Positions 35,827 through 45,809 of a stretch of 64,000 nucleotides of DNA are shown here, one piece after another (positions within the stretch are counted from its first letter, which is position 1; every line of letters starts with the position of its first letter). The position numbers were made by a program, and so were the translations under genes. This stretch comes from Escherichia coli 042 (GTDB lineage: Bacteria > Pseudomonadota > Gammaproteobacteria > Enterobacterales > Enterobacteriaceae): NCBI RefSeq assembly GCF_000027125.1, contig NC_017626.1. One strand, written 5' to 3'. Below the pieces are notes generated by a model. The model did not search any database. It saw only the letters and a list, made by a program, of their open reading frames with translations, and had not been told where the DNA came from.

Positions 35827-38800
35827 TTGAAAGAGAAAATAATGAGTAAGTACAACGAATTAGTTAAGAAGTTAAAAGAAATTTTTCAGATTGATCGACC
35901 AGAACTGGATTTCGGTATTTATCGTATTTTAAATGCACGTGCTGATGAAATTAACGACTATCTGGATAATAAGCTGAAGGCCAAAATCCAGTCTGCGCTG
36001 GCGGATGCAGGAAATGCCAATAAATCAGAATTAGAACATCAGTTGCAACTGACAATAAAAGCGGCAACTGATGCGGGTGTAGACCCTGCTGATAGCCCAA
36101 AAGTACAGGAGCTTAAAAAGCAACTGGCGGCTATGGCATCCGGAGCAAATGAGCATGAAAATGCAGTATTTTCCCATCTGCTCACTTTCTTTTCGCGTTA
36201 TTATGACAACGGCGATTTTATCAGCAAACGCCGTTATAAAGGTAATACCTACGCCATCCCCTATTCTGGCGAAGAAGTGATGTTGCACTGGGCAAATAAG
36301 GACCAGTACTACATTAAAAGCGGTGAAAACTTCGCTAATTATTCGTTCAAATTAGAAGACGGTCGTAAAGTTAGCTTTAAATTGCTCGCAGCGGACACAG
36401 CAAAAGATAACCGTAAAGATAATGAATTAGATCGCTGCTTTGTACTTATTGAGCCGCATGTTCGTACCAAAATTGATGAAGAAGGCGATGAGTACGAACA
36501 AGAATATAAGCCAGTAGAAGTGGTGAAAACTTCATCTGTGGTTGACGGTAAACTCGTTGAAACAGAAGAGTTAGTTATTCATTTCGAATATAAGGCAATG
36601 AAAAAGGGCACTAAGCAGGATGCTTTAGTGCAGTCCGCTATTTCAAAAATTCTGGCTGATAAAACAGTACAACAGCATTGGGTTGATCTTGCTAAACGTG
36701 CGCCAACCGAAAAAAATCCGTCACGTACAGAGTTGGAGCGTCATTTAACAACATATACCCAACGTAATACGGCTGACTACTTTATTCATAAAGATCTCGG
36801 TGGCTTTTTAACGAACGAACTGGATTTTTATATTAAAAATGAAGTAATGAATCTCGATAATGTGCAAAATGCAGAAGTGTTTGCTAATATTGAGAAACAA
36901 CTGCGCATGATTCAATGTTTGCGTGCTGTTGCGCTGGAACTCATCACTTTTTTGGCACAGATTGAGAATTTCCAAAAGAAACTTTGGACTAAGAAAAAGT
37001 TTGTTGTAGAGACAAACTATATATTTACCGTAGATAAGTTACCAGAGGAATTATATTCAATTGTCATTAAGAATGATGCCCAATGGGAACAATGGAAGCA
37101 ATTAGGTTTCCTCAGCGATTTTTCGGGAGATAGAGAGAAAACTCTGAAAGAAAAACAAGGGTTAATTGTTGATACTTCATTATTTGATTCCAAGTTCAAA
37201 GAGAAATTTATCAACAATATCGCTGATGTTGACACAAATGTTTCCGCTTATTTATATAGTGGAGATAATTATCAAGTGTTAAATCTTATTAAAATAAAAT
37301 ATAATAATAAAGTTGATGGTATATATATAGATCCACCTTATAATACCAATGCGTCTGAGATTTTATACAAAAACGGTTATAAGGATAGCTCATGGTGTTC
37401 TTTAATGAGTTCTCGTTTAGAGATAAGTAAATCCTTATTAAAAGAAAATGCAGCTACTTGTACAACTATTGATGAGTATGAAGTTGCTAATTTGGAATTA
37501 TTGCTAAAAGAAACGTTTACAGGATATCAAATCAGACCTGTTGTTATTGAATATAACCATCGAGGACGAGTTAAAAGTAATTTCGCTATTACCCATGAAT
37601 ATGCTTTATGGACCTTACCAGAAAATAAAGATGTAATATCGAGACAAGTTGAAATATCAGAAGAAATTAGGCGTAACTTGCGTAGAACTGGTTCAGGTTC
37701 TACTCGTGCCGAATCTGAAAGTCAATTTTATGGCATCGAAGTTGACAATAATACCCTCGAGATTGTCAATGTAACCGAAGCTTTACCAAGTTTAGATTCA
37801 GCAATTCCTACGCATCTAAATAAAGATACAACAATGGTATGGCCAGTAGATGACCAAGGGGTTGAGCGGCGCTGGTACTATGGGCGAGATCGTGTTATTC
37901 GCGAAGCTAAAGAAGGTACTGTTTGGGCGAAAAGAATAAAAGGTGAGATACAAATACATTACAGACAAGCAGGAAAACCTAAAATGCGTAAATCTGTATG
38001 GATTGGTCCAAAGCTTGACGCAAGTACCTATGGTTCGGAACTATTAAATAGTTTGTTTAACGTGACTCAGATTAATTTTTCTTTTCCAAAAAGTATTTAT
38101 GCGGTTAAGGAATGTTTAGAGTCGCTTAGTAATTCGAAGTATGCTCATTTCTTAGACTATTTTGCTGGCTCTGGTACTACAGGGCATGCAGTGGTAGATA
38201 TGAATAGGGATGATAATGGTTTTCGAAAATTTAGCTTGGTCGAACAAGGTGAATATTTTTATTCTGTTACCTTGCCTAGAGTAAAAAAAGCTATTTTTAC
38301 AACTGATTGGAAGTATGGAAAAGCACTAAGCTGTAATCCAGTTGAGCAGACATTAATAAAATATATTAAAATTGAGAGTTTTGAGGATACTCTTAACAAT
38401 ATAGCACTGAAACGTACTGAAACAACAAAGGATCTTTTCGACGATCTTAAAGAAATTCGAGAGGATTATGTTCTTAACTATATGCTTGAAACAGAAAGCA
38501 AAGGCTCACTACTCAATACTGATAATTTCAAAAAACCATTTAACTACGAAATGGATGTTACAACGGATTCCGCAGGTGCTACTGAGCGTAAGAACATCGA
38601 TTTAGTTGAAACTTTCAACTATCTCATTGGCTTACATGTGAAATCCATCGAATCCAATATCGAACGTGGCTATGTGCGTGTTGAAGGAACGCTACCAACT
38701 GGCGAGCGTACCCTTATTCTGTGGCGCGATTGCGACAAGATCGGCTATGAAGAATTGAATAAATATGCCAACAGATTCGATTTATATGCAAAAGAAAATA

Positions 38801-38946
38801 CGTTCGACGTTATCTATATCAATGGCGATCATAACTTACCTACCGCCTTTACCGTTGATGAAGAAGACGGCGAGATTGTTCGTAGCCTGAAAATCCGCCA
38901 GATCGAACCTGAATTCTTGAACCTGATGTTTGCGGAGGAGGTTTAA
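35827..38946 (+). CDS. DNA methyltransferase, N6-adenine/N4-cytosine (beta-class order), Type III Mod-like with N-terminal extension
   Basis: 1039 aa. Motif IV DPPY (IYIDPPYNT, about 37330) precedes motif I FxGxG (DYFAGSGTTG, about 38160), with a roughly 290-aa variable region between; about 500 aa of unrecognised N-terminal sequence. 6-nt gap after SNF2 gene. Confidence 0.8.
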   Translation: MKEKIMSKYNELVKKLKEIFQIDRPELDFGIYRILNARADEINDYLDNKLKAKIQSALADAGNANKSELEHQLQLTIKAATDAGVDPADSPKVQELKKQLAAMASGANEHENAVFSHLLTFFSRYYDNGDFISKRRYKGNTYAIPYSGEEVMLHWANKDQYYIKSGENFANYSFKLEDGRKVSFKLLAADTAKDNRKDNELDRCFVLIEPHVRTKIDEEGDEYEQEYKPVEVVKTSSVVDGKLVETEELVIHFEYKAMKKGTKQDALVQSAISKILADKTVQQHWVDLAKRAPTEKNPSRTELERHLTTYTQRNTADYFIHKDLGGFLTNELDFYIKNEVMNLDNVQNAEVFANIEKQLRMIQCLRAVALELITFLAQIENFQKKLWTKKKFVVETNYIFTVDKLPEELYSIVIKNDAQWEQWKQLGFLSDFSGDREKTLKEKQGLIVDTSLFDSKFKEKFINNIADVDTNVSAYLYSGDNYQVLNLIKIKYNNKVDGIYIDPPYNTNASEILYKNGYKDSSWCSLMSSRLEISKSLLKENAATCTTIDEYEVANLELLLKETFTGYQIRPVVIEYNHRGRVKSNFAITHEYALWTLPENKDVISRQVEISEEIRRNLRRTGSGSTRAESESQFYGIEVDNNTLEIVNVTEALPSLDSAIPTHLNKDTTMVWPVDDQGVERRWYYGRDRVIREAKEGTVWAKRIKGEIQIHYRQAGKPKMRKSVWIGPKLDASTYGSELLNSLFNVTQINFSFPKSIYAVKECLESLSNSKYAHFLDYFAGSGTTGHAVVDMNRDDNGFRKFSLVEQGEYFYSVTLPRVKKAIFTTDWKYGKALSCNPVEQTLIKYIKIESFEDTLNNIALKRTETTKDLFDDLKEIREDYVLNYMLETESKGSLLNTDNFKKPFNYEMDVTTDSAGATERKNIDLVETFNYLIGLHVKSIESNIERGYVRVEGTLPTGERTLILWRDCDKIGYEELNKYANRFDLYAKENTFDVIYINGDHNLPTAFTVDEEDGEIVRSLKIRQIEPEFLNLMFAEEV

Positions 38947-38948
38947 GA

Positions 38949-41900
38949 ATGGCTAAAAAACCGACCACCGGTAAAGCAGTTAAAAAAGAGACTAACAGCA
39001 AGCTGAGCTTTCATAAGCAGTTGGTTTTAAACCGCTTTATGTTCCATTTTTTTAAAGATGGCACATTGCAAGGTTTGAAGAATCGGTTAGGCGAGGATCG
39101 CTTTGAAGGCATCCATGAAGATGGCCAAAGCTTATTCTTCCATGAGCTGAGTAACTATTTATTCGAGGTCGATCTTATCGATCTCGATGAACTGCGTCGT
39201 TACGATCTCAATATCGTGCAGCACTGGCAGCAGATAACCGAGCACCGTAATCGTAAAGAAGACACAGTGCTGAACATGAAATATTTTCAGTACTTGTCGC
39301 TTCTGTTTACCGAGATCTACCTGGACTGGTACTTCAACCGTAAACAGCAATTACTCGATGGGCTAAATAACGAGCTGGCAGCATACAATGCTGAAAATGA
39401 TAAAACAGCAAAAGACCGGGCTAATCAGTTCAAATCATACGTTCTGGATGATTTGAATAAACTGGCATACTGGAACGCTACTGGTTCTGGTAAGACACTG
39501 CTATTACATGTCAATATTTTGCAATATTTACATTATTTCCAGAACGGTAATAGCCATCATTACCCGGATAAAATCATCCTGCTTACGCCGGATGAACGCC
39601 TATCGAAGCAACATTTAGATGAACTGGAAAACTCAGGATTTACCCAATACCAGTTATTCGATAAGAGTAAATCCGCGCCATTTAAAGGCACGATTGAAGT
39701 TATTGATATCAATAAACTTGCCGATGAAATGGGTGACAAAACTGTTGCCGTTGAGGCATTTGAAGGCAACAATCTGGTCTTGATTGATGAAGGGCATAAA
39801 GGCACAGGAAGTGCTGCTGGTGCCTGGATGCGCCGTCGTGACAAATTAACGCGTGACGGATTTGCGTTTGAATATTCAGCAACTTTTGGCCAGGCAGTGG
39901 CCGGTGGCAATAATGTTGAGGCAGTTGAAACAGAAATTCAGAAGAAAAAAGCAAAGCTGCTTTTTGAAACAACTGCCTTAGGTAAACTGAGCGAAGAACA
40001 GTTAGCGCAAATAGCATTAACCAGCGAAGAACAACGTGATGCGCGTATTCAGGCGACACGAGAAGTCTATGGGAAATCGATTCTGTTCGATTACTCCTAT
40101 AAATTCTTCTATGAGGATGGTTATGGTAAAGAATCACTGATTCTTAACCTTAATCCTGAAGAGGATAAAAAAGATGAGCGTCGGTATGAGTATTTTACCG
40201 CGTGTTTGCTCAGCTTTTATCAGCAACAATATTTATTCAATAAGAATAAAGAAAAATTAAATGAATTTAATATCGAAAAACCGCTATGGGTTTTTGTCGG
40301 TAACACCGTAAGTGGTGAAGATTCAGACATTCACGCAGTACTGCGTTTTTTAGCATGGTTTTTAAATCATGAATCGCAGGCAAAATCGTGGATTAAAGAT
40401 CTCATTGAAAATAAAGCGCGAATTCTTGATACCAAAGAGCGTAACATTTTTGAAAATCGCTTTACCGCACTAATGAACGGCCCGGAAGATATCTACGCAG
40501 ATATTCTTTCTCGTTTGTTTAACACCACTCACTCAGGTCAGAGACTGCGAGTTCTGAATTTAATAGGCAGTAAAGGTGAACTGGCATTACAGGTTGGTGA
40601 GGCCGAACCGTTTGGTCTTATCAATATTGGTGATGCACCGTCTCTTTACAAAATGTGTGAAGAGGATACGACATTTGATTATCAGAGAGATGATTTTGCG
40701 AAGTCACTCTTTCATACGTTAAATGACAAAGACTCGCAACTACATATTTTGATCGGCTCGCGAAAATTTACTGAAGGCTGGAGCAGTTGGCGCGTCTCAA
40801 CGATGGGATTGCTCAATATGGGCCGTGGAGAAGGTTCACAGATCATTCAGTTATTTGGTCGTGGCGTTCGCCTTAAAGGTCGCAATTATTCTTTGAAACG
40901 CAGTACACCCGGTGAGCGTCCGAAAGGGTTGCATCTGGAAAAATTAGAGACACTGAATGTATTCGGTGTACGTGCCGATTACATGGCAACCTTTAAACAA
41001 TACCTGGAAGATGAAGGGATTACGCCAAGTGACGAGATCCTTGAGCTGAATTTTGAAACTCGGCCAAATATGCCAGCAACCAGGCTTAAAACACTTAAGC
41101 TTAAAGATGGTTATAAAGATAATCAAAGACTCGGCTTTAAACGTGTCTATTTTCCCGAATTGTATGAAGTTCCTGCTGATTTTCAGGGGAAAATTAAGCA
41201 GCCGCATATTAAGCTGGACCTATACCCGAAACTTGAGTCGATTGATACCAGCAGAAAAGGGGACAATACTCCGGTTAACGTGCGTAATGAAGCGAAGTTA
41301 GATTATAAAATCATTAGTGCGTTTGATTTTGATCGGCTTTATCTCGCCATTCAGAATTATAAACTACAACGCGGCTGGTCAAATTTACGTGTGGATAAAC
41401 AACGTTTGATCGACTTTTGTACCGGTAAGACAAAGATCGGAAATAGTTGGTATACCCTTTTGATTCCAGCTTCAGAGCTTGAGATTAAGCAATATGCAGA
41501 TATTGCTAAGCAGGAAGATATTATGCTTCGTCTGCTGACTGATTATACTGATCGCTTTTACAACACATTGAAAAATGCTTATGAAGGTCAGTTTTATGAA
41601 GTCACGCAGGTGAAAGAAGATGATCCTGGTATGATCAAAATGTACCATTTCGAGATCGAAGAAACTGATGATGGGTTGGCATATGCCAGTCGGCTGGAAC
41701 AATTACAACAATTGGTCATCGACGGCGAAATCGGTAAAGCAAAATCCTGGAGTGCATCCGGGATGGTTGCTATTACCTTTGATAAACATCTCTATTATCC
41801 ACTTCTTTCGATTGAAAAAAATGCCAACATACCGCTAAAAATGCGACCGGCAGCACTGGGTGCATCAAGTGAGATTACTTTTGTCCATGATCTTCAGTCT

Positions 41901-42329
41901 TTTGTTGATTCGACAAAAGGGCAGAAAATTATTGGTGATAAAAGTTTATATCTGCTAAGAAATGCGGATTCTAAAAATAGAGGCCTGGGCTTTGCTACTG
42001 CGGGTAATTTTTATCCGGATTTCTTATTGTGGTTAGTCGATGATAAAAGTGGTAAACAATGGTTAAGTCTTATTGATCCAAAAGGCATCCGCAATCTTAA
42101 TCTTGATGATCCAAAGTTCGGATTATATAAAGAAATCAAGAATCTTGAACATAAATTATCGGATGATAACTTATCATTAAGTGCATTTATTGTTTCTGAA
42201 ACTTGTTATGTTGACTTAGTAAACGTACCTGATTCAAAAGAGAATCTGGAAGCCAGAAATGTGCTTTTTATTGAGGATACTGGCTCATTGTATCTGGAGA
42301 AATTATTCAGTAAGATGGTTAGCGAGTAA
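38949..42329 (+). CDS. SF2 helicase with C-terminal PD-(D/E)xK-like motif, Type III Res-like
   Basis: 1126 aa. Walker A NATGSGKT, DExH LIDEGHKG, SAT, QLFGRGVRLKG; C-terminal YPDFLLWLVDDKSGKQWLSLIDPKG. Start 2 nt after methyltransferase stop. Confidence 0.8.
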   Translation: MAKKPTTGKAVKKETNSKLSFHKQLVLNRFMFHFFKDGTLQGLKNRLGEDRFEGIHEDGQSLFFHELSNYLFEVDLIDLDELRRYDLNIVQHWQQITEHRNRKEDTVLNMKYFQYLSLLFTEIYLDWYFNRKQQLLDGLNNELAAYNAENDKTAKDRANQFKSYVLDDLNKLAYWNATGSGKTLLLHVNILQYLHYFQNGNSHHYPDKIILLTPDERLSKQHLDELENSGFTQYQLFDKSKSAPFKGTIEVIDINKLADEMGDKTVAVEAFEGNNLVLIDEGHKGTGSAAGAWMRRRDKLTRDGFAFEYSATFGQAVAGGNNVEAVETEIQKKKAKLLFETTALGKLSEEQLAQIALTSEEQRDARIQATREVYGKSILFDYSYKFFYEDGYGKESLILNLNPEEDKKDERRYEYFTACLLSFYQQQYLFNKNKEKLNEFNIEKPLWVFVGNTVSGEDSDIHAVLRFLAWFLNHESQAKSWIKDLIENKARILDTKERNIFENRFTALMNGPEDIYADILSRLFNTTHSGQRLRVLNLIGSKGELALQVGEAEPFGLINIGDAPSLYKMCEEDTTFDYQRDDFAKSLFHTLNDKDSQLHILIGSRKFTEGWSSWRVSTMGLLNMGRGEGSQIIQLFGRGVRLKGRNYSLKRSTPGERPKGLHLEKLETLNVFGVRADYMATFKQYLEDEGITPSDEILELNFETRPNMPATRLKTLKLKDGYKDNQRLGFKRVYFPELYEVPADFQGKIKQPHIKLDLYPKLESIDTSRKGDNTPVNVRNEAKLDYKIISAFDFDRLYLAIQNYKLQRGWSNLRVDKQRLIDFCTGKTKIGNSWYTLLIPASELEIKQYADIAKQEDIMLRLLTDYTDRFYNTLKNAYEGQFYEVTQVKEDDPGMIKMYHFEIEETDDGLAYASRLEQLQQLVIDGEIGKAKSWSASGMVAITFDKHLYYPLLSIEKNANIPLKMRPAALGASSEITFVHDLQSFVDSTKGQKIIGDKSLYLLRNADSKNRGLGFATAGNFYPDFLLWLVDDKSGKQWLSLIDPKGIRNLNLDDPKFGLYKEIKNLEHKLSDDNLSLSAFIVSETCYVDLVNVPDSKENLEARNVLFIEDTGSLYLEKLFSKMVSE

Positions 42330-42341
42330 ATAAATATGATT

Positions 42342-42374
42342 CTGCTCCATATCTCTGTGAGATATGGAGCAGAT
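42342..42374. terminator. hairpin between convergent genes (candidate bidirectional terminator)
   Basis: Inverted repeat CTGCTCCATATCTC / GAGATATGGAGCAG at 42342-42374, between stop of 38949..42329 (+) and stop of 42376..42678 (-). Confidence 0.55.
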
Positions 42375-42375
42375 A

Positions 42376-42678
42376 TTATCGCCAATGTGCAGGAATAATT
42401 AAGTCAAACGATTTTGCTGCATATTCAAGCATTTTTATTATTTCCCGGTGTCGTTCCTGGTCGAAAGACTGTCCATTTTTTCTACACTCTATAATCCCTT
42501 GTAATTCTTTTAGGTTAAACATATCAAGAAGATATAAATTTTTCCAGGTTGGTTGCCCGAAGAGGTTATAGACTGTTTCCGTAGCATCTCGTTCACTTGC
42601 TAATCTTTTCTCTCCTTCTATTCTTTCAAAAAATATTTCAGCTGTTTCTTTATCATCATAAGTATTTAATAATTCCAT
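42376..42678 (-). CDS. hypothetical protein (100 aa)
   Basis: AT-rich ORF convergent with the helicase gene; no family recognised. Confidence 0.4.
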   Translation of the reverse strand: MELLNTYDDKETAEIFFERIEGEKRLASERDATETVYNLFGQPTWKNLYLLDMFNLKELQGIIECRKNGQSFDQERHREIIKMLEYAAKSFDLIIPAHWR

Positions 42679-42990
42679 TATGATTTTCCTGATTAATGAA
42701 TTGATATCACGATAATTATATCATGAATAGATGTAAATTTACTATGTATATAAATTAATGTACAGTTCAACATGCTAATTATTTTTTAATTTGTAATGTC
42801 GATTGGTTAATAATTGGATTCTCTTATAATGAATATATATTTACTCTGACTAGAATATTTGTAAACGTGTTTTATATTGAGATTTTAAAATTGATTTATG
42901 GCTATGTACTCATAAATAATACTTTCGGTGTCAGAAAATACTTTATCTATTACATTTAAAATTCTAGGTGAAAGATATATAATGGTTACC

Positions 42991-43484
42991 TCACCCCCTA
43001 AAAAACTCTTTCCGATACCACTCTACAACCCCCTCAAAAGGGTAATTTTTACGCACCTGTGGCAACGCAATAATTTTTCCGTCAAAATCCCAGAATGACC
43101 TCTCAATGATCTCTCCGCCGTTTACCGCATCCAATACCAGTACCCGCATATTTTCATCCAGGCCAATCGTTCCTTTATCAAAGGCTTTATGATGTATCGC
43201 GCAAAGCGCCAGGCCATTGGGAATTTCACAAGGGCCACCATGTTGTTTCCATTTTATATGTGTCGCTTCCAGTGAGACGGTGGAGTTGCCGTAACAAATA
43301 TTAAAGCTACATATTGCGCACTGGTAGTTATAAGCGCGTAATACATGTTTGCGAAATAATGGGTCACGCTGCTTACGGATTTGCTGGAGAGCAAAAAAAG
43401 GCTCGTCAGCGATTTACTGGAAGCCATTGATATCCCTGGCAGTGAAATAATTGCGATCATGCTCGCAAATTTTCTGCGGTTCAA
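42991..43484 (-). pseudogene. HNH-nuclease-like gene, frameshifted
   Basis: Minus-strand frame ending at 42991 reads ...YNYQCAICSFNICYGNSTVSLEATHIKWKQHGGPCEIPNGLALCAIHHKAFDKGTIGL... but has no start; the ATG at 43484 is in another frame. Frames meet near the A7 run at about 43391-43399. Confidence 0.5.
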
Positions 43485-43638
43485 GCCTGCAAGCGAAGAT
43501 ATATTACCTTGATCTCATATGTTTTTTTACTTCCTGTGTGCCCTAATTGCCATGCGATGTTGCACCGACGCAAACCACCGTTTACGCCGGAGGAGTTAAA
43601 AGCGCTGATGGATGCGAATAAATCAAATTAATGAACGC

Positions 43639-44619
43639 TCACCTTTCGCGCCAAAACTGCAAAATTGCTTCTACAAACCTGTCAGAAATAATCCCTCGAC
43701 GGGCTGCCGCGCTGAAATGACTGCTTCGCAGTGCCGTCGTCCAGTTCTCCGGTGACCGGTACGCTGAACCGTAATATCCCGTGCTTAAATCGTCCGGATC
43801 TTCATCAGGCGCGTTCGTCAGTCCTCTTGCACCTTGTTGCTGGAAGTCGACGAAAATAATATTGGCTAGAACATTATTTTGATAATTGCCATAAATAGCT
43901 TCATACGCATGAGGGAAATTTTCTTTCCAGTACCAGGTGGTATCGCCGCAAAACCACGGCGCGTCAGTAATTTTATTAAGCTGAGAATGGTATTGTTTTA
44001 GATCCCTACGAAAGGCGTCAACCATATGATTAAAGTGTTGAGGGTGTGACGCGTAGTCACTGGTCATTAAGTCAAATTCGCCTTGCATCCAGCATACGCC
44101 GAGGAATTTGTTCTGCGGATTTTTTGCCAGTGCGGCTCGCGTTCTGCTGACTAAATCCTGGTATAGCGGAGTATCCGTTCCCCAACGACAAGCATCATGG
44201 CTGGCTCCGTGCCGTTCTGAATATGTCCCTTCGCTGCCCGCGGTAAAAGCCGATCCGCCACGGCAACACGGAACGATGAGAACCCCTGCATTATCAGGAA
44301 TAAAGGGCAGTAATTTCCGTGCTATATGTAGTGCCTGGCCAACGGTGCCGTACTGTGTTTGATGATTCGTTGCCAGAGGATGGTGATAACCCTGCATATC
44401 CTGAACATCGTGTGGGCAGTGAGTCAGTGGAATAATGTCGTTAAAGTGACATGACGGGCCTCCGGGATGTGTATGCGCAAATCTCGCTAATTGTTTAATT
44501 CTGGGATGAGGCGCATCTTCCTTGTCCGGTAATGGTAGTCCTTCGCCATACGCCATGGCATTAGACTGACCAGCAACGGTAAGAACATAGTAATAATCGG
44601 GCGATATTATTGCGTTCAT
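43639..44619 (-). CDS. nanS: N-acetyl-9-O-acetylneuraminate esterase NanS
   Basis: MNAIISPDYYYVLTVAGQSNAMAYGEGLPLP..., recalled as K-12 NanS (YjhS). Confidence 0.85.
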   Translation of the reverse strand: MNAIISPDYYYVLTVAGQSNAMAYGEGLPLPDKEDAPHPRIKQLARFAHTHPGGPSCHFNDIIPLTHCPHDVQDMQGYHHPLATNHQTQYGTVGQALHIARKLLPFIPDNAGVLIVPCCRGGSAFTAGSEGTYSERHGASHDACRWGTDTPLYQDLVSRTRAALAKNPQNKFLGVCWMQGEFDLMTSDYASHPQHFNHMVDAFRRDLKQYHSQLNKITDAPWFCGDTTWYWKENFPHAYEAIYGNYQNNVLANIIFVDFQQQGARGLTNAPDEDPDDLSTGYYGSAYRSPENWTTALRSSHFSAAARRGIISDRFVEAILQFWRER

Positions 44620-44683
44620 ATAATTTTCGCGTAATACAAATGACAAATTGATAGCAAGGCCCCTTTACCGGGGCCCTGAAGTG

Positions 44684-45790
44684 TTAGTTTTGTACTGTGA
44701 CTTTATTATCCTTCACAGAAATTAAAACTGAATCCGTCACCGCTTTGCCGCCTGCAGTTTCACCGCCAATAATTAATAAACTATTATTCCAGGGCAATGA
44801 TACTCCGTAGGCCCGACCTTGCGATAATTCGCCCGATTTATCCCATTTCCCGTTATGCCAAAGATGAATATCAGCGCTATATGATTTTTTCAGGCCTTCA
44901 TGCGCATAGTTCTTACCGTTCTGGTAATTTTCTCGTGAACCTTTGAATCCGGCCCCTCCGGCAAATATAAGTGAGTCATTGCTCATGCCTGCAAAACCGC
45001 CAGCGACGCCATCTGGTGATGCGACGGGAGCAAGCTTATTCCATTTTAAATTATTACCGGTGAAATCAAGTTCAAATACGGCATCCGTTCGCAATCCTGG
45101 TTTGGCTTCGCCATTAATAAGCCAGGTTTTATCACCTTTATTCACAACCGCCGCACCAGCCGTTCCGTACCAGGGAGATTCGCCAGCGTAACTCCATTGC
45201 TGTGTAGAGGGATCAAAAGACAACAGAAACTTATTGAAGAAATAATCTTCTGCTTTTTTGTCAAAATAGTGGGCGTTGATTTTATCTATAGTGGTTGAAT
45301 CTTTTCCAGCTTCGTTGAGATCTTCAAAATAGCCATTGAAGATATTCTGGTTAACACCGCCAGTAACATAAGCCTTGCCGTTGTGTACAAAAGTCACATG
45401 GCCCGCCATGCCCATCGGCGCGTGCGACATCAATTTAACCCAGCTATTGGTTTTGGGGTTGTATTTGTGTACGTCATTAAATACCTGAGTCAAGCCCTCG
45501 CTGTTTTTGCCAATGCCGCCAAACACATACAGATTACCATCAATAAATGCAGAGGTTGCTTGATCTCTCGGTCCACCAGGGAATGCAGCTAACGCTGTCC
45601 ATTTTTTATCTTTGGCCTGTGTATCCAGCTTGTACCATGCTGTACCTGCGCTACCTAAACCAATGTAGACAGTGTCGTTATCAATTGCTCCGGTACCACT
45701 TTTAAATGGCACAGGAGTTTCCGGTAATACAGACGCGTTTGCGGCAAATGAAGCCATTATGATAGCAAGCGCCGTTATTGTTTTATTCAT
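44684..45790 (-). CDS. nanM: N-acetylneuraminate epimerase (mutarotase) NanM
   Basis: Start at MNKTITALAIIMASFAANA; Kelch-repeat protein recalled as NanM (YjhT). Confidence 0.9.
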   Translation of the reverse strand: MNKTITALAIIMASFAANASVLPETPVPFKSGTGAIDNDTVYIGLGSAGTAWYKLDTQAKDKKWTALAAFPGGPRDQATSAFIDGNLYVFGGIGKNSEGLTQVFNDVHKYNPKTNSWVKLMSHAPMGMAGHVTFVHNGKAYVTGGVNQNIFNGYFEDLNEAGKDSTTIDKINAHYFDKKAEDYFFNKFLLSFDPSTQQWSYAGESPWYGTAGAAVVNKGDKTWLINGEAKPGLRTDAVFELDFTGNNLKWNKLAPVASPDGVAGGFAGMSNDSLIFAGGAGFKGSRENYQNGKNYAHEGLKKSYSADIHLWHNGKWDKSGELSQGRAYGVSLPWNNSLLIIGGETAGGKAVTDSVLISVKDNKVTVQN

Positions 45791-45809
45791 TGTGACTGTC
45801 TCCTGTCTA

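Noticed and set aside
32930-42329. Assignment of the operon to DISARM or BREX
   Set aside because: No DUF1998 (DrmB) or PLD (DrmC) gene and no PglZ or BrxL-type gene in or next to the operon; Type III-like with an added SNF2 fits better, but the classification is untested.
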